Shown here one piece after another: positions 25,161 through 38,399 of a stretch of DNA of 64,000 nt (positions are counted from its first letter, which is position 1; each line of letters begins with the position of its first letter). The position numbers and the translations under genes are program-made. The notes below the pieces were generated by a model. It saw only the letters and a list, made by a program, of their open reading frames with translations, made no database searches and was not told the DNA's origin. Source of the stretch: Octopus sinensis (Eukaryota); NCBI RefSeq assembly GCF_006345805.1, contig NC_043023.1, forward strand, positions 13,826,001-13,890,000, given 5' to 3'.

Positions 25161-25577
25161 AGGATCTTTTCGGTTTGAACGGCAGTTTTTTCTAGCGGTG
25201 TCATATGAAATTGTCACCCATAATTATGACCCTAGTTTAGAACTATTGCATTTCAATCTGTTTTAGGGTTAGGGGTGAGGGGAAGGGTATCTTTTTTTCT
25301 TCAGAAATATAAATAAACCCAATCTGTTTCTTAAACGAGGGACATATTCATACGGCACAAAATGTTTTTTTACCTCAATAGACGTCAGTGATTGGTTGAA
25401 ATTGCAGAAATTGAAGACAAAAAATACAACAAATATCTTACAAACCATAGAATTTTCTCAATAAAGCCAAGAGAAAAAGATGTTTTATAAACACATTCTA
25501 CCAGTATACGAAGTTTAAAAGTGTTTAGTTACGTGGAAATTATTTTAAAAAACTGCCGGTCAAACCGAAAAGATCCC
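25161..25577 (+). mobile_element. Complete MITE family H (about 417 bp, about 29-bp TIRs)
   Basis: ggatcttttcggtttgaacggcagttttt ... aaaaactgccggtcaaaccgaaaagatcc. Confidence 0.85.
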
Positions 25578-25856
25578 TCATCCATCATACCTATGATCGA
25601 AATCATTGCCATTAACAGAAAACAGTAAGACGGAATCATTTGCGAGAGGCTGGCGTGATTTTGCTGCTATTTCTAGCATGGCAATGGATCCACCTGGAGG
25701 CTGAATCGATCACTAGTCCAGCGAGAGTTATTTCCCATGTCGCCCTGTGTTCTGTGTTCCGTCCTGGTTCTGTGACCTTCTCGTTTTCTATGACAACATT
25801 GAAGGTCGTACGGAGTCACGTTCAGACGTTCAGAAGCTCTTACATAATGGGCGTGT

Positions 25857-26069
25857 GTATGTGTGTGTGTGTGTGTGTTTGTATCTCAGTATTTCTTTCT
25901 ATGTGTGTATGTATATGTGTGTGTTTCTTTGTGTGTGTGTGTGTGTATGTGTGTGTGTTTGTACCTCAATATTTCTTTGTGTGTGTGTGTGTGTGTGTGT
26001 ATGTGTTTGTACCTCAATATTTCTTTGTGTGTGTGTGTGTGTGTGTGTGTGTTTGTATCTCAATATTTC

Positions 26070-26105
<36 letters not shown>

Positions 26106-26988
26106 TACCTCAATATTTCTTTGTGTGTGTGTGTGTGTGTGTGTTTGTACCTCAATATTTCTTTGTGTGTGTGTGTGTGTGTGGTGTGTTTGTACCTCAA
26201 TATTTCTTTGTGGTGGTGTGTGTGTGTGTGTGTGTGTTTGTATCTCATATTTCTTTGTGTGTGTGTGTGGTTGTGTGTGTGTGTGTTTGTACCTCAATAT
26301 TCTTTGTGTGTGTGTGTTGTGGTGTGTTTGTACCTCAATATTTCTTTGTGTGTGTGTGTTGGTGTGTGTGTGTTTGTACCTCAATATTTCTTTGTGTGTG
26401 TGTGTGGTGTGTGTGTGTGTGTGTTTGTATCTCAATATTTCTTTGTGTGTGTGTGTGTGTGTGTATGTGTTTGTACCTCAATATTTCTTTGTGGTGTGTG
26501 TGTGTTGTGTGTGTGTGTGTTTGTACCTCAATATTCTTGTGTGTGTGGTGTGTGTGTGTGTGTTTGTACCTCAATATTTCTTGTGTGTGTGTGTGGTGTG
26601 TGTTTGTACCTCAATATTCTTTGTGTGTGTGTGTGTGTGGTGTGTATGTGTTTGTACCTCAATATTTCTTTGTGTGTGTGTTTGTACCTCAATATTTCTT
26701 TGTGTGTGTGTATGTGTGTGTGTTTGTACCTCAATATTTCTTTGTGGGTGTGTGTGTGTGTGTGTGTTTGTACCTCATAATATTTCTTTGTGTGTGTGTG
26801 TGTGTGTGTGTGTTTGTATCTCAATATTTCTTTGTGTGTGTGTGTGTGTGTGTGTATGTGTGTGTGTTTGTACCTCAATATTTCTTTGTGTGTGTGTGTG
26901 TGTGTATATGTGTGTGTGTTTGTATCTCAGTATTTCTTTGCGTGTGTGTGTGTGTATATGTGTGTGTGTTTGTATCTCAGTATTTCTT

Positions 26989-27022
<34 letters not shown>

Positions 27023-27060
27023 TGTGTTTGTACCTCAATATTTCTTTGTGTGTTTGAGCG
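25857..27060 (+). repeat. Compound minisatellite: about 25 copies of TTTGTAYCTCAATATTTCTT separated by variable (TG)n
   Basis: Constant 20-mer counted by eye about 25 times. Confidence 0.95.
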
Positions 27061-27410
27061 TGTGTGTGTGTGTGTATGTGTTTGAACGTGTGTGTGTATG
27101 TGCTGTCGAGTGACAGTGGAACTTGCGTGTGTATATGTATGTTCTTGAGTGAAGGTGAAGCATGTGTGTGTATGTGTGTGAAGTAGTTATTGCGTGTGTC
27201 TGCACTTTAGTGTTTCTGTATGTGTGTTTGTGTGTGTGTGTGTGTGTGTGATGAGAGAGAGAGAGAGAACTGAGAGTATGTGTGAGAGAGACAGAAAGAT
27301 AGTGTGCACATTAGAGTGTGTGTAAGAGATAGAGAGAGATTGTGTGTGTAAGAGACAAACAGATAGTGTGTGTGTGTGTGTGTTATATATCCGTCTAACA
27401 ATTCTGTGAA

Positions 27411-27735
27411 GGCTCGTGGCTTAGTGGTTAGGGTATTCAGTTCACGATTGTAAGGTCATGAGTTCAATTCCTGGCAACACATTGTGTCCTTGAGCAAGAC
27501 ACTTTATTTCACGTTGCTCCAGTCCACTCAGCTGGCAAAAATGAGTTGTACTTGTATTTCAAAGGGTCAGCCTTGTCACAATCTGTGTCACGCTGAATCT
27601 CCCTGAGAACTATGTTAAGGGTACACGTGTCTGTGGAGTACTCAGCCACCTGCAAGTTAATTTCATGAGCAAGCTGTTCTGTTGATCGGATCAGCTGGGA
27701 CCCTCATGGTTGTAACCAATAGGGAGCCAGAGTAG
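27411..27735 (+). mobile_element. tRNA-SINE family D
   Basis: ggctcgtggcttagtggttaggg head, ccttgagcaagacac core, shared C/D tail. Confidence 0.88.
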
Positions 27736-27778
27736 AATATTTTACGTTTTTTTCTTTTTACATAATGATATCGAGGCA

Positions 27779-28170
27779 TAGGAGTGGCTGTGTGGTAAGT
27801 ACCTTGCTTACCAACCACATGGTTCCGGGTTCAGCCCCACTGCATGGCACCTTGGACAAGTGTCTTCTACTATAGCGTTGGGTCAACCAAAGCCTTGTGA
27901 GTGGATTTGGTAGACGGAAACTGAAAGAAGCCTGTCGTATATATGTATATATATATATGTATGTGTATATGTGTGTGTGTCTGTGTTTCTCCCCCAACAT
28001 CGCTTGACAACTGATTCTGGTGTGTTTACGTCCCTGTAACTTAGCGGCAAAAGAGACCGATAGAATAAGTACTAGGCTTCCAAAGAATAAGTCCTGGGGT
28101 CGATTTGCTCGACTAAAAGGCGGTGCTCCAGCATGGCCGCAGTCAAATGACTGAAACAAGTAAAAGAGTA
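27779..28170 (+). mobile_element. Composite SINE family A
   Basis: Full head and tail. Confidence 0.9.
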
Positions 28171-28481
28171 ATTGTATACCTACCTTTGTCCCCCCCCCTG
28201 TATATCTCCCCTTCTGTTTTTATATCCTGTCAATAAATATCCAGTGTAATATATAAATATATATATACACATATATAAATTAAATTAGAGGTAAAACCAC
28301 TATTAGGTAAATCAAACAGTGAGAAACATAAACCAAAACATAGAAATAAAGTTAATTAATATAATATACAAAAAATATATAAAATATAAAATTCAAAATT
28401 TAAAATATTTAAATTTAAAGTTAAAATTTTAAAGAATTGTTAAATTATTAATTTATACTTATCAATTTAATATATATATAT

Positions 28482-28529
<48 letters not shown>

Positions 28530-28740
28530 GGCAGCGGACTCGCGGTCGTAGGATCGCGGTTTCGATTCCCAGACGGGCGGGTTGTGAGTGTTTATTGAGC
28601 GAAAACACCTAAAAAGCCCCATGAGGCTCCTTAAGGGGATGGTGGTGAACCCTGTTGTACTCTTTCACCACTTTTCTTCTGTGTTCTGTTGGCCTGCTTG
28701 CTTAGCCAGCGGGGGGGTGGGTGAATCATTTGAAGGCTAA

Positions 28741-28784
<44 letters not shown>

Positions 28785-28863
28785 TATATATATTTTTTAT
28801 TTTTATTCTATATATTTAATGTATATATTTATACTGTAAAATTAGATTTAATCCTAAATCTAA

Positions 28864-29271
<408 letters not shown>

Positions 29272-30018
29272 TGACCTGAGTATCTATTTTTTAAAACTTG
29301 GTGCTTATCATGTCAGTCTCTTTTGCTTGGTCGCTAAGTTATTGGTGTGTAAACAAACCAACAGCGGCTATAGGCTTCCAAAGAATAAGTCCTGGGGGTC
29401 GATTTGCTCGACTAAAGGCAGTACTCCAGCATGGCCACGGTCATATGACTGAAACAAGTAAAAGAGTAAACTTAGCAGTTCGGCAAAAGAGACCGATAGA
29501 ATAAGTACTAGGCTTACAGAGAATAAGTCCTGGGGGTCGATTTGCTCGACTAAAGGCAGTGCTCCAGCATGGCCACGGTCACATGACTGAAACAAGTAAA
29601 AGAGTAATCTATATTTGTTTACACTCAAATAACACTGTATTATCTCTGGTTGCTTTGGTCCGACATACATTCTGTTTGAGAAGGAAATATGACCGGATTG
29701 TCATGGTTGGAATGGCTTTTAACCGCAATTCTCCTTGACCATAGCCGAACTGCAGCTAAATTAAGAAGATCTCATTAGCCCAAGGAGATTGATAGAGTAA
29801 GCACTTGGCTTACAAAGAATAAGTCCTGGGGTCGAGTTGCTTGACTAAAGGCGGTGCTCCAGCATGGCCACAGTCAAATGACTGAAACAAGTAAAAGAGT
29901 AAAAGTGAAGAGAGTATCAAGTTGGTGATAAGAATTTTGGATGCGATTGAATTAAATATTTTTTATTTATTTTACGTTATTTTTTTTTTACATTTTGTTT
30001 CTGTTTTTTTCTTTGCAG

Positions 30019-30877
30019 AGTTTTCCCGTCGGCTCCTCGTCTACGTATGGACGTCATACCAAGCTCCTCCTCTTACAACAAGCGCCACAAGTACAGCAAC
30101 TCCGTTGACGCTAGCGGCTCTTTGAACAACTGCAATGCCGATGACGGTACTGCTAAGGACAGCAAAGGAGTGAACTCTCTAAATGACAGCCACGACAATC
30201 ATGTCAATATCGACGACACCAGCAATGACGGCACCGTCGATATTGACGACGACGACGTCAATAATAGTAATACTGCGAGCAGCGACCAGCATAATCGTCA
30301 CCAACACCACCACCACCACCACCCACGCCTTGGCCCCACCAAAAGTATTGTTCTCAAACCGGTGAAGTCTTGTAGATCTACAAAACTCAAGTCCATCCAC
30401 TCTGGTGTCTATAAAAGCGATGACAATGATGACGGTGATAGCAGTGGTGATAGTAATGCTGATGACGGTGGTGAGCGTGGTCGCCGTCGAGTTGACAGTG
30501 TTGACGACGATCACGTTGGTGGTGCTGGCGATGATAACGACGGTGAGTTGGAAGACGACGACGACGACGATGATGACGATGACAACGGACGGAGGTCCGA
30601 GACTGTCCGCGTCCACTCCAAAGTGATCAGCCTAAACAGACACGGCGTGACGCCACCTGCCAAAGACTACTACGACGACCGGGGCTCGAGTGGACGCCGT
30701 CGTCGCTACACGCACCGGCCGAAAGGCTGCGTCGACGGCGACAACAAACATGGACACGTCGAAGAGAAAGGTGATGACGGTGTCGACGGAGGTGACGAAA
30801 ATAGAGACTTTTACGGCAGGATGAAGAAGAGCAGGAGGCACAACAACAAGCATATAACACGGTTTCGTGATGTGTGA
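30019..30877 (+). CDS. ALKBH5: ALKBH5 terminal coding exon, long low-complexity C-terminus
   Basis: ctttgcAG acceptor; (R)VFPSAPRL matches the vertebrate TRLDAPRL position; open to TGA at 30875-30877. A further downstream splice cannot be excluded. Confidence 0.85.
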
Positions 30878-30939
30878 CTCGTGTGACTCGCTTGCTTCGG
30901 CTGTCCTGTCGTGTCAAACTTGTAGCGAGTCAATGTAAT

Positions 30940-30943
30940 AAGT

Positions 30944-30978
<35 letters not shown>

Positions 30979-31968
30979 TATATATGTGAAAGAATGTTAC
31001 ATGTGTATACTGCACATATGTATATATATATATGTATATATATATATGTGTGTGTGTGTGTGTATGTATATAATTGTTTGTATGTATATATATATGTATA
31101 TAATTGTATGTATGTATATATATAGTATGTAATTGTGTATATAATTATATGTATATTAATTGTATGTATGTATATATATATATATATATTATATATATAT
31201 ATATATATGTATATATATGTATATATATATGTATATTTATGTATATATGTATGTATGTATACATTTGTATTTTATATCTGTATATAGATATGTGTCTATA
31301 TGCATGTATAGGTATATAGATATATATGTGTATATAAATGTTTATATGTATGTATGTATGGTGTGTGGTATACATGTTACATGTTGTGTCATTATATTAT
31401 CTATAAATATATATATATATACATATATATATATATGTGATTTATATACGTGTGTAAATTGATACACACACGCACACATGTGTATGGACATATATACACA
31501 CACACATATATACATACATACAGACATATATATACACATGTATGTGTGTGTATTTAAGTGATATCTGGCTTGGGATATATATGAGTTTATGTGTGGATGT
31601 GTATAGCGGATATAGAAACAGTGAGTACAAGTTGAATGGGTGTATAAATACAATATATATGAGTGTGCATATCATATATCTATATATGTAGATGTATGTG
31701 TATGTATATATAGATGTATATATATGTATATATGTGTATGTATATATATGTGTATATAAATATATGTGTATGTATATATATGTATATATAAATATATATG
31801 TATAAATATACATGTGTGTATATGTGTATATATATATATGTATACGTGTATGTGTGTATATGTATGTGTGTATACGTATATATGTATATATATGTACATA
31901 TATATGTATGTATATGTATGTATATAAATATATGTATGTATATATGTATGTATATATATGTATGTATG

Positions 31969-32001
<33 letters not shown>

Positions 32002-32130
32002 GTATGTATATATATGTATATAAATATATGTATGTAAATCTATTTTGTAATAAATATATATATGTATATATGTTATATATATATGTATATATATATATAT
32101 GTTTATATATATGTATATAAATATGTAATG

Positions 32131-32182
<52 letters not shown>

Positions 32183-32707
32183 GTATATATGTATATAAAT
32201 ATGTATATGTATATATTATATATATATATATATATCTATATATTGGTATATATATGTATAAAATATGTATATGTATGTATATGTAATATATGTGCATGTG
32301 TTGTATATATATATATATATGTGTGTATGTATGTATGTGCCTGTATATGTACATAGTAATGTGTTTATGCAATAATCTACCGAGTGTTTTATTTGAACGG
32401 ACACACTTATACAAAAGTTGGAGAGAAGCTTGTTTTCCGAAAATGGTTTGGACTTCCGAATTTCCACAACTTGATCCCAAAACGTTTCTGACACTCGTAC
32501 ACCGAGTTTGCTTTAGTCAACTTCGTCAATATGGATCGACGCAGCGTTGAGAGGAGAAATGTGTTTAATCTTAAACCAAATCCCTGAGGGACGCTGAGAG
32601 CAGAGGTGTGTAAGTGCTGAAGAATTGAGATTTCTCTGTCAAATGTAAGCCTTATATTTTCACATTGTTTAGGATAGGCGTAAGATATATATGTATATAA
32701 TTGTATG

Positions 32708-32745
<38 letters not shown>

Positions 32746-33560
32746 ATTGTATGTATGTATGTATGTATATATATATATGTATATAATTGTATGATTGTAT
32801 GTATATAATATATATGTATATAATTGTATGTAGTATGTATGTATGTATGTATATATATATATGTATTAATGTATGTATGTGTTATTATATATATGTATAA
32901 TTGTATGTATGTATGTATATATATATATATGTATATATAAGTGTATGTATGTATGTATAATATATATGTATATAATTGTATCTATGTATGTATGTATATA
33001 TATATGTATATAATGTATGTATGATGTATGTATATATTTATATATATATATGTATATAATTGATGGTATGTAGTATGTATATATGTATATTAATTGTATG
33101 TATTGTATGTATATAATGTATATATTGTATGTATGTATGTATATATTATTATCTATATGTTATATTGTATGTAGTAGTATGTATATATATATATGTATAT
33201 AATTGTATGTATGTATGTATAATATATATATATATATGTATATAATTGTATGTATGTATGTATGTATATATAATATATATGTATATAATTGTATGTATGT
33301 ATGTATATATATATATATATATGTATATAATTGTATGTATGTATGTATATATATATATGTATATAATTGTATGTATGTATATATATATATATATGTATAT
33401 AATTGTATGTATGTATGTATATATATATATGTATATAATTGTATGTATGTATGTATATATATATATGTATATAATTGTATGTATGTATATATATATATAT
33501 ATATGTATATAATTGTATGTATGTATATATATATATATATGTATGTATATATATATATTG
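30940..33560. repeat. (TA)n/(TATG)n/(CA)n compound microsatellite field
   Basis: Direct periodicity, including gtatataattgtatgtatg units; a unique island lies at about 32340-32630. Confidence 0.95.
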
Positions 33561-33589
33561 CTAGTTTGCAGAATTAAGCAGATTATCTG

Positions 33590-34160
33590 GTCTGGATATG
33601 GCCAGTTTAACTCTATAGTATTCGGATTTCTCTGTCAAATGTATTTTTAGAATGACATTGTCGGGTAGGGGTGAGAAGCCCGCTCTGGCTTGTTTGACCA
33701 TAAAGCAGATGGAATATCTGGTCCTGTTATGGCCAGGTTAACCGTTTAGCATTCAGATTGCTCTGTCAAATGTAACCCCTCTTTATCCATGCTTTGAATT
33801 AATCATGGATTATCTCAAAGCTTTGAGATTTCAATGCTGCGATTGTTTATTTTTAGAATGACATTATAGGTTAGGTGTGAGAAGCCTGCTCTGGCTTGTT
33901 TGACTATAAAGCAGGTGGAATATCTGGTCCTGATATGGCCAGGTTAACCATTTAGCATTCAAATTGCTCTGTCAAATGTGACCCCTATTTATCCATGTTT
34001 TGAATTAATCATGGATTATTTCATCGCTTTGAGATTTCAATGATGTGATTGTTTATTTGTAGAATGACATTGTAAGTTTGGTGTGAAAAGCCTGATCTAG
34101 CTTGTTTGAACATATAACAGATTATTCAGGCCAGGTATTGTTGACTTCAATGCTAACGGG
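33590..34160 (+). mobile_element. Degenerate tandem copies of a second TTAA-type MITE family (K)
   Basis: gttaacc(g/a)tttagcattca...ctctgtcaaatg repeated at about 205-bp spacing; end aatgctaacggg. Confidence 0.6.
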
Positions 34161-34182
34161 TTTGCTATTGCACAGCAGATCA

Positions 34183-34898
34183 TTAACCCTTTTGTTACCA
34201 TATTTCTGTTGAGATGCTCTGTGTTTCTTTCAATTAATTTTAAATATAACAAAGAATTTAGTAAAATAACTTAGTTATCATTAAGCTGGTGTTAGGAACA
34301 TAAATTGTGACTAAGGTTTGGTGGAAGATTCTAATTCAGATTTTTTGAAAACAAGACATTTGTACTACAGAGCCCAGAGGCAGTTTCAGCCGGGCTAGTA
34401 TCAAAAGGGTTAAGAATTGTTTCTCTATTATATATTTTAACCCTTTTCTTACCATATTTCTATAATAATAATAATAATAATAATATAATAATAATAAATA
34501 ATAATAATTGTGTACAGTGCTCAGGTGCACTACAACTCATCTAAAGTGTATATATAATCAGGTGTAGTTTCGACGGATTTCGGGAAGCATGAGGGCCTTA
34601 AAGGATGCAGTGTCATGGCAGTCAACAACTGACGCAGGCAGTTTATTCCATGCTTCAGCAACTCTGAGCGTGAAAAAATGTTTCCGAAAGTCATGTTAAG
34701 ATGCTCTGTGTTTCCTTCAATTATTTTAGATATAACAAAGAATTTAGCTAAATAATTTAATTATCATTAAGCTAGTGTTAGCAACATAAATTGTGACTAA
34801 GGTTTGGTGGAAGATTTTAATTCAAAACTTATGAAAACAAAAGATTTGTACTAAAGAGCCAGAGGTGGTTTCAGCCGGGTTGGTAACGAAGGGGTTAA
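34183..34898 (+). mobile_element. Dimer of piggyBac-like MITE I; the second copy is interrupted by a CR1 fragment
   Basis: TTAA-CCC termini and the same 23-bp spacer at 34414-34436. Confidence 0.85.
34462..34695 (-). mobile_element. 5'-truncated copy of the 21681-24463 CR1 LINE
   Basis: About 190 nt match 24251-24440 with two substitutions by eye, plus (ATT)n tail. Confidence 0.95.
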
Positions 34899-36439
34899 GA
34901 GTGGAACTCTGCACAGGGAAATGTCTCTGGTTCCTTTTTCTTTGAACAACTCTTTGAGATATCAGTCCTTAGCTCATCTGTGTGATGAAGATTACCCTTA
35001 GTTCAACTTTTCCTCCTCCAAGTTGAGCTGATTTCAGATCAGCGTCCTTGGCTAATCTTTCCTTAAGTCAAATGTCTTCAACTCACCACCTCATGCTTCC
35101 AGCATATTCAATTAATGTCCCCAGCTCTGATATTTCTCGACTAAACTATTCTTAACCAAACTATCATTATCTTAGCTAAAAACTCTTCTCCGTTACTGGA
35201 ATGTTCTGGAAGCCTCTCTCTCTACAGCTGTGAATCTCTTCTCAACCGATCTATCTTTGAAACCGATCTGCCTTTGAAACTAATCTGTTTTCAAGGCTGG
35301 TTCGCTTTGTTGACTAAACCAGAGTTCCTTCCCGTTGAACTGTCTTCAGCACAGCGCTGTCTAACGCAACACACGAAGGACAGGATAACAATGTTTAAAC
35401 AGGAAGAGAAGAAACCCAAGGAAAATATGGGGAAACAAAAAGAATTAACATCAATATACCACAAAAGAAAAAAAGAAATATATATATATATATATATATA
35501 AACAAGCCATGAGACAAACTTGCTTTTTCAGTAATTATCCTTGTCGTTAAACAAGTTAATTAACTCCACATGCCTTGCAAGAAGGCTCCTTATTGACTTC
35601 AGAACATTGGATAATTTCTTTCTATGTTTATTATTTTACAAACACACACACGTACGTATATGTATGTATATATATATATGTGTGTGTATATATATATGTG
35701 TGTTGTGTGTATGTATATGTACATGTATATATGTTTATATATATATATGTGTATATGTATATATGCATATATATATGTATATATGTATATATTATATATA
35801 TGTATATATGTATATATATATATGTATGTATATATATAAATGTGTATTTATATGTATATATGTATATATATATATATACATACATATGTATATGTATGTA
35901 TACATATGTATATATATGTATACATTTATGTATATGTATATGTACATGTATACATATATATATATGTATACATATGTATATATATGTATACATTTGTATA
36001 TGTATATATGTGTATGTATATATATATATATATATATGTATTTATATATATGTATGTGTGTATATATATATATATATATGTATATGATGACCCCTCCTCC
36101 CCTTTTCTCAATCCACCTCTTCCCTGACACACTTCTTTTTTTTTGTTTTTTGTTGAAGAGAAAAGACTTCTCTGTTGATGATGGTGATGATGATGATACT
36201 GACATATTTTTTTTCTTCTGGAATAAAGTAATGCGATACTTTCTGCAATAATAATAATAATAATAAAAAAATAACAACAACAACAATGGTTTCAAATTTT
36301 GCCACAAGGGCAGCAGTTTTGGGGAGGGGAGTAGTCGATTACATCGACCCCCCCCCCCCAATGTTCAACTGGTACATACTCTATCAACCAGAGAGACAAA
36401 GATTTGTTTTAGTAATGGCCAGCATGGGTGCCAGATATA

Positions 36440-38370
36440 TTTTTCAAATGCTGTGTGCTTACAGCCATCCACAGTCTCAGATGAAAACTCTTCGTATCTG
36501 ATGTAATAAGTTAATAAAACATTCACTGATAATGCAAACAGCTGCTTGGCTGAATAAAAACTCAGTATATGCAGTTGAGACAATAATAAACTTGAACAGC
36601 CATCTATGTATTGTACATAATATATACACACTTTTTAAAGGCCAGTTACAGCAGTATTTGTCCCAAGATAACATAGATTTGTTGTGTTAAAAGCACAATA
36701 AACATTAGGGAGAAGCAAAGATTTGTACTAGAAATGGTCACCAGCTCGAGTGTAAGATGTACTTTTATGTCTTTTTAATTGTGCGTGCTTATAGCCATCG
36801 TCATGCTGAGATGAAAAATTTTCCTCTCTGATGTAATAAGAAGTTAAAACATTTACTGATAATACAAATAGCCGCTTGGCTGAATAAAAATCCTGTATAT
36901 GCAGTCAAGACAATATTAAACTATAATAGCTACACACTTTTTATAGGCCAGTTATAACAGTATTTTCCCCAAGACACATTTTTATGCCTTTTCAATGCTG
37001 TGTTCTTGCAGCCATCCACAGTCTCAGATGAAAGCTCTTCGTCTCTGATATAATAAGAAGTTAATAAAACATTCACTGATAATGCAAACAGCTGCTTGGC
37101 TGAATAAAAATCCTGTATATGCAGTCGAGACAATATTAAACTAAAATAGCTACACACTAAAATAGCTACACACTAAAATAGCTACAACAGTAATTTCCCC
37201 AAGATAACATAGATTTGTTGTATTAAAAATACAATAAATATGAGAGAGACACAAAAAGGTGTCCCAGTAATGGCCAACACGAGTACCAGATGTATTTTTA
37301 TACCTTTTCCATAGTGTGTGCTTATAGCCATCCACATGCTAAATAAAAAATTTTCGTATCTGATATAATAATAAGTTAATAAAACATTCACTGATAATGC
37401 AAACAGCTGTTTGGCTGAATAAAACTCCTGTATATGCAGTTGAGACAATAGTAAACTTGAACAGCCATCTATGTATCGTACATGATATATACACACTTTT
37501 TAAAGGCCAGTTACAGCAGTATTTGTCCCAAGATAACGTAGATTTGTTGTGTTAAAATCAAAATAAACATCAGGGAGAGACAAAGATTTATACTAGAAAT
37601 AACCACCAGCTTGAGTGTAAGATGTATTTTTATGTAATTTTAATTTTGTGTGTTTATAGCCATCGTCATGCTGAGATGAAAAATTTTCCTCTGATGTAGG
37701 TAAAAGTTAAAATATTCACTGATAATGCAAGCAGCTGCTTGACTGAATAAAAATTCTGTATAGTTAAGTTAATTTTTTGGCTCAAAAAGCAAAAAGCAAG
37801 GCCATGTAGGGGGACATGGAGTTATGTACAGGGTGGTGTTCATGCAAAGAGTTCAGGCCATTTCTGGTCAAGAGAGACTGAACCGAGCGGTCGTCGGCAT
37901 CTTCACTATCTCGTCCGGCAGCTTATTCCACGGATCTGCAACCCAGACGGAGAAAGCCCCTCTCCTTCGATTGAGATGAAATTGTCGCAGATAGAGCTTT
38001 TCGGAGTGACCTCGCAGCCTACGCTCTGGAGCAGGAGTGAATAACAGCTCTTTCGAGAGGTTACACTTTCCGCTTATGATGTTGTGAGCAAGAATGAGAT
38101 CACCACGGCGTTGTCCTTTTTCTAGAGAATAAAGGTCGAGCGTCTTCAGCCTTTCTTCATAAGACAAATGCTTGAGACCAAGAACCATGCGGGTGGCCAG
38201 CTTCTGGACTCTTTCGAGATGATGTATGTCTTTGAGATGCAGTTGAGACAATATTAAACTTAAATAGCCATCTATGTATCATACATAATACATACACATT
38301 TTTTATAGGCCAGTTACAGTGTATTTCTCAGGACAACATAAATTTGTTGTGTTAAAAACACAATAAACAT
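36440..38370. repeat. Degenerate 220-330 bp tandem repeat (5+ units), interrupted by a CR1 fragment
   Basis: aaaacattcactgataatgcaaacagctgcttggctgaataaaaa at about 36515, 36845, 37066, 37381 and 37710. Confidence 0.8.
37764..38232 (-). mobile_element. CR1 LINE 3' fragment, same family as 8424-8845
   Basis: ERVQKLATRMVLGLKHLSYEERLKTLDLYSLEK...DPWNKLP; same 3' UTR and tail. Confidence 0.9.
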
Positions 38371-38399
38371 CAGAGAGAGACAGATTTGTCCGAGAACTT

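Noticed and set aside
25857-27060. CRISPR-like repeat-spacer appearance
   Set aside because: Spacers are only (TG)n, the context is eukaryotic and there are no cas genes
30179-30917. Antisense ORFs over ALKBH5 exon 3
   Set aside because: Shadow frames of trinucleotide-rich coding sequence
34900-35380. Purine-rich, coiled-coil-like minus-strand sequence
   Set aside because: Multiple stops in the frames translated and no recognisable motif; at most a decayed TE ORF
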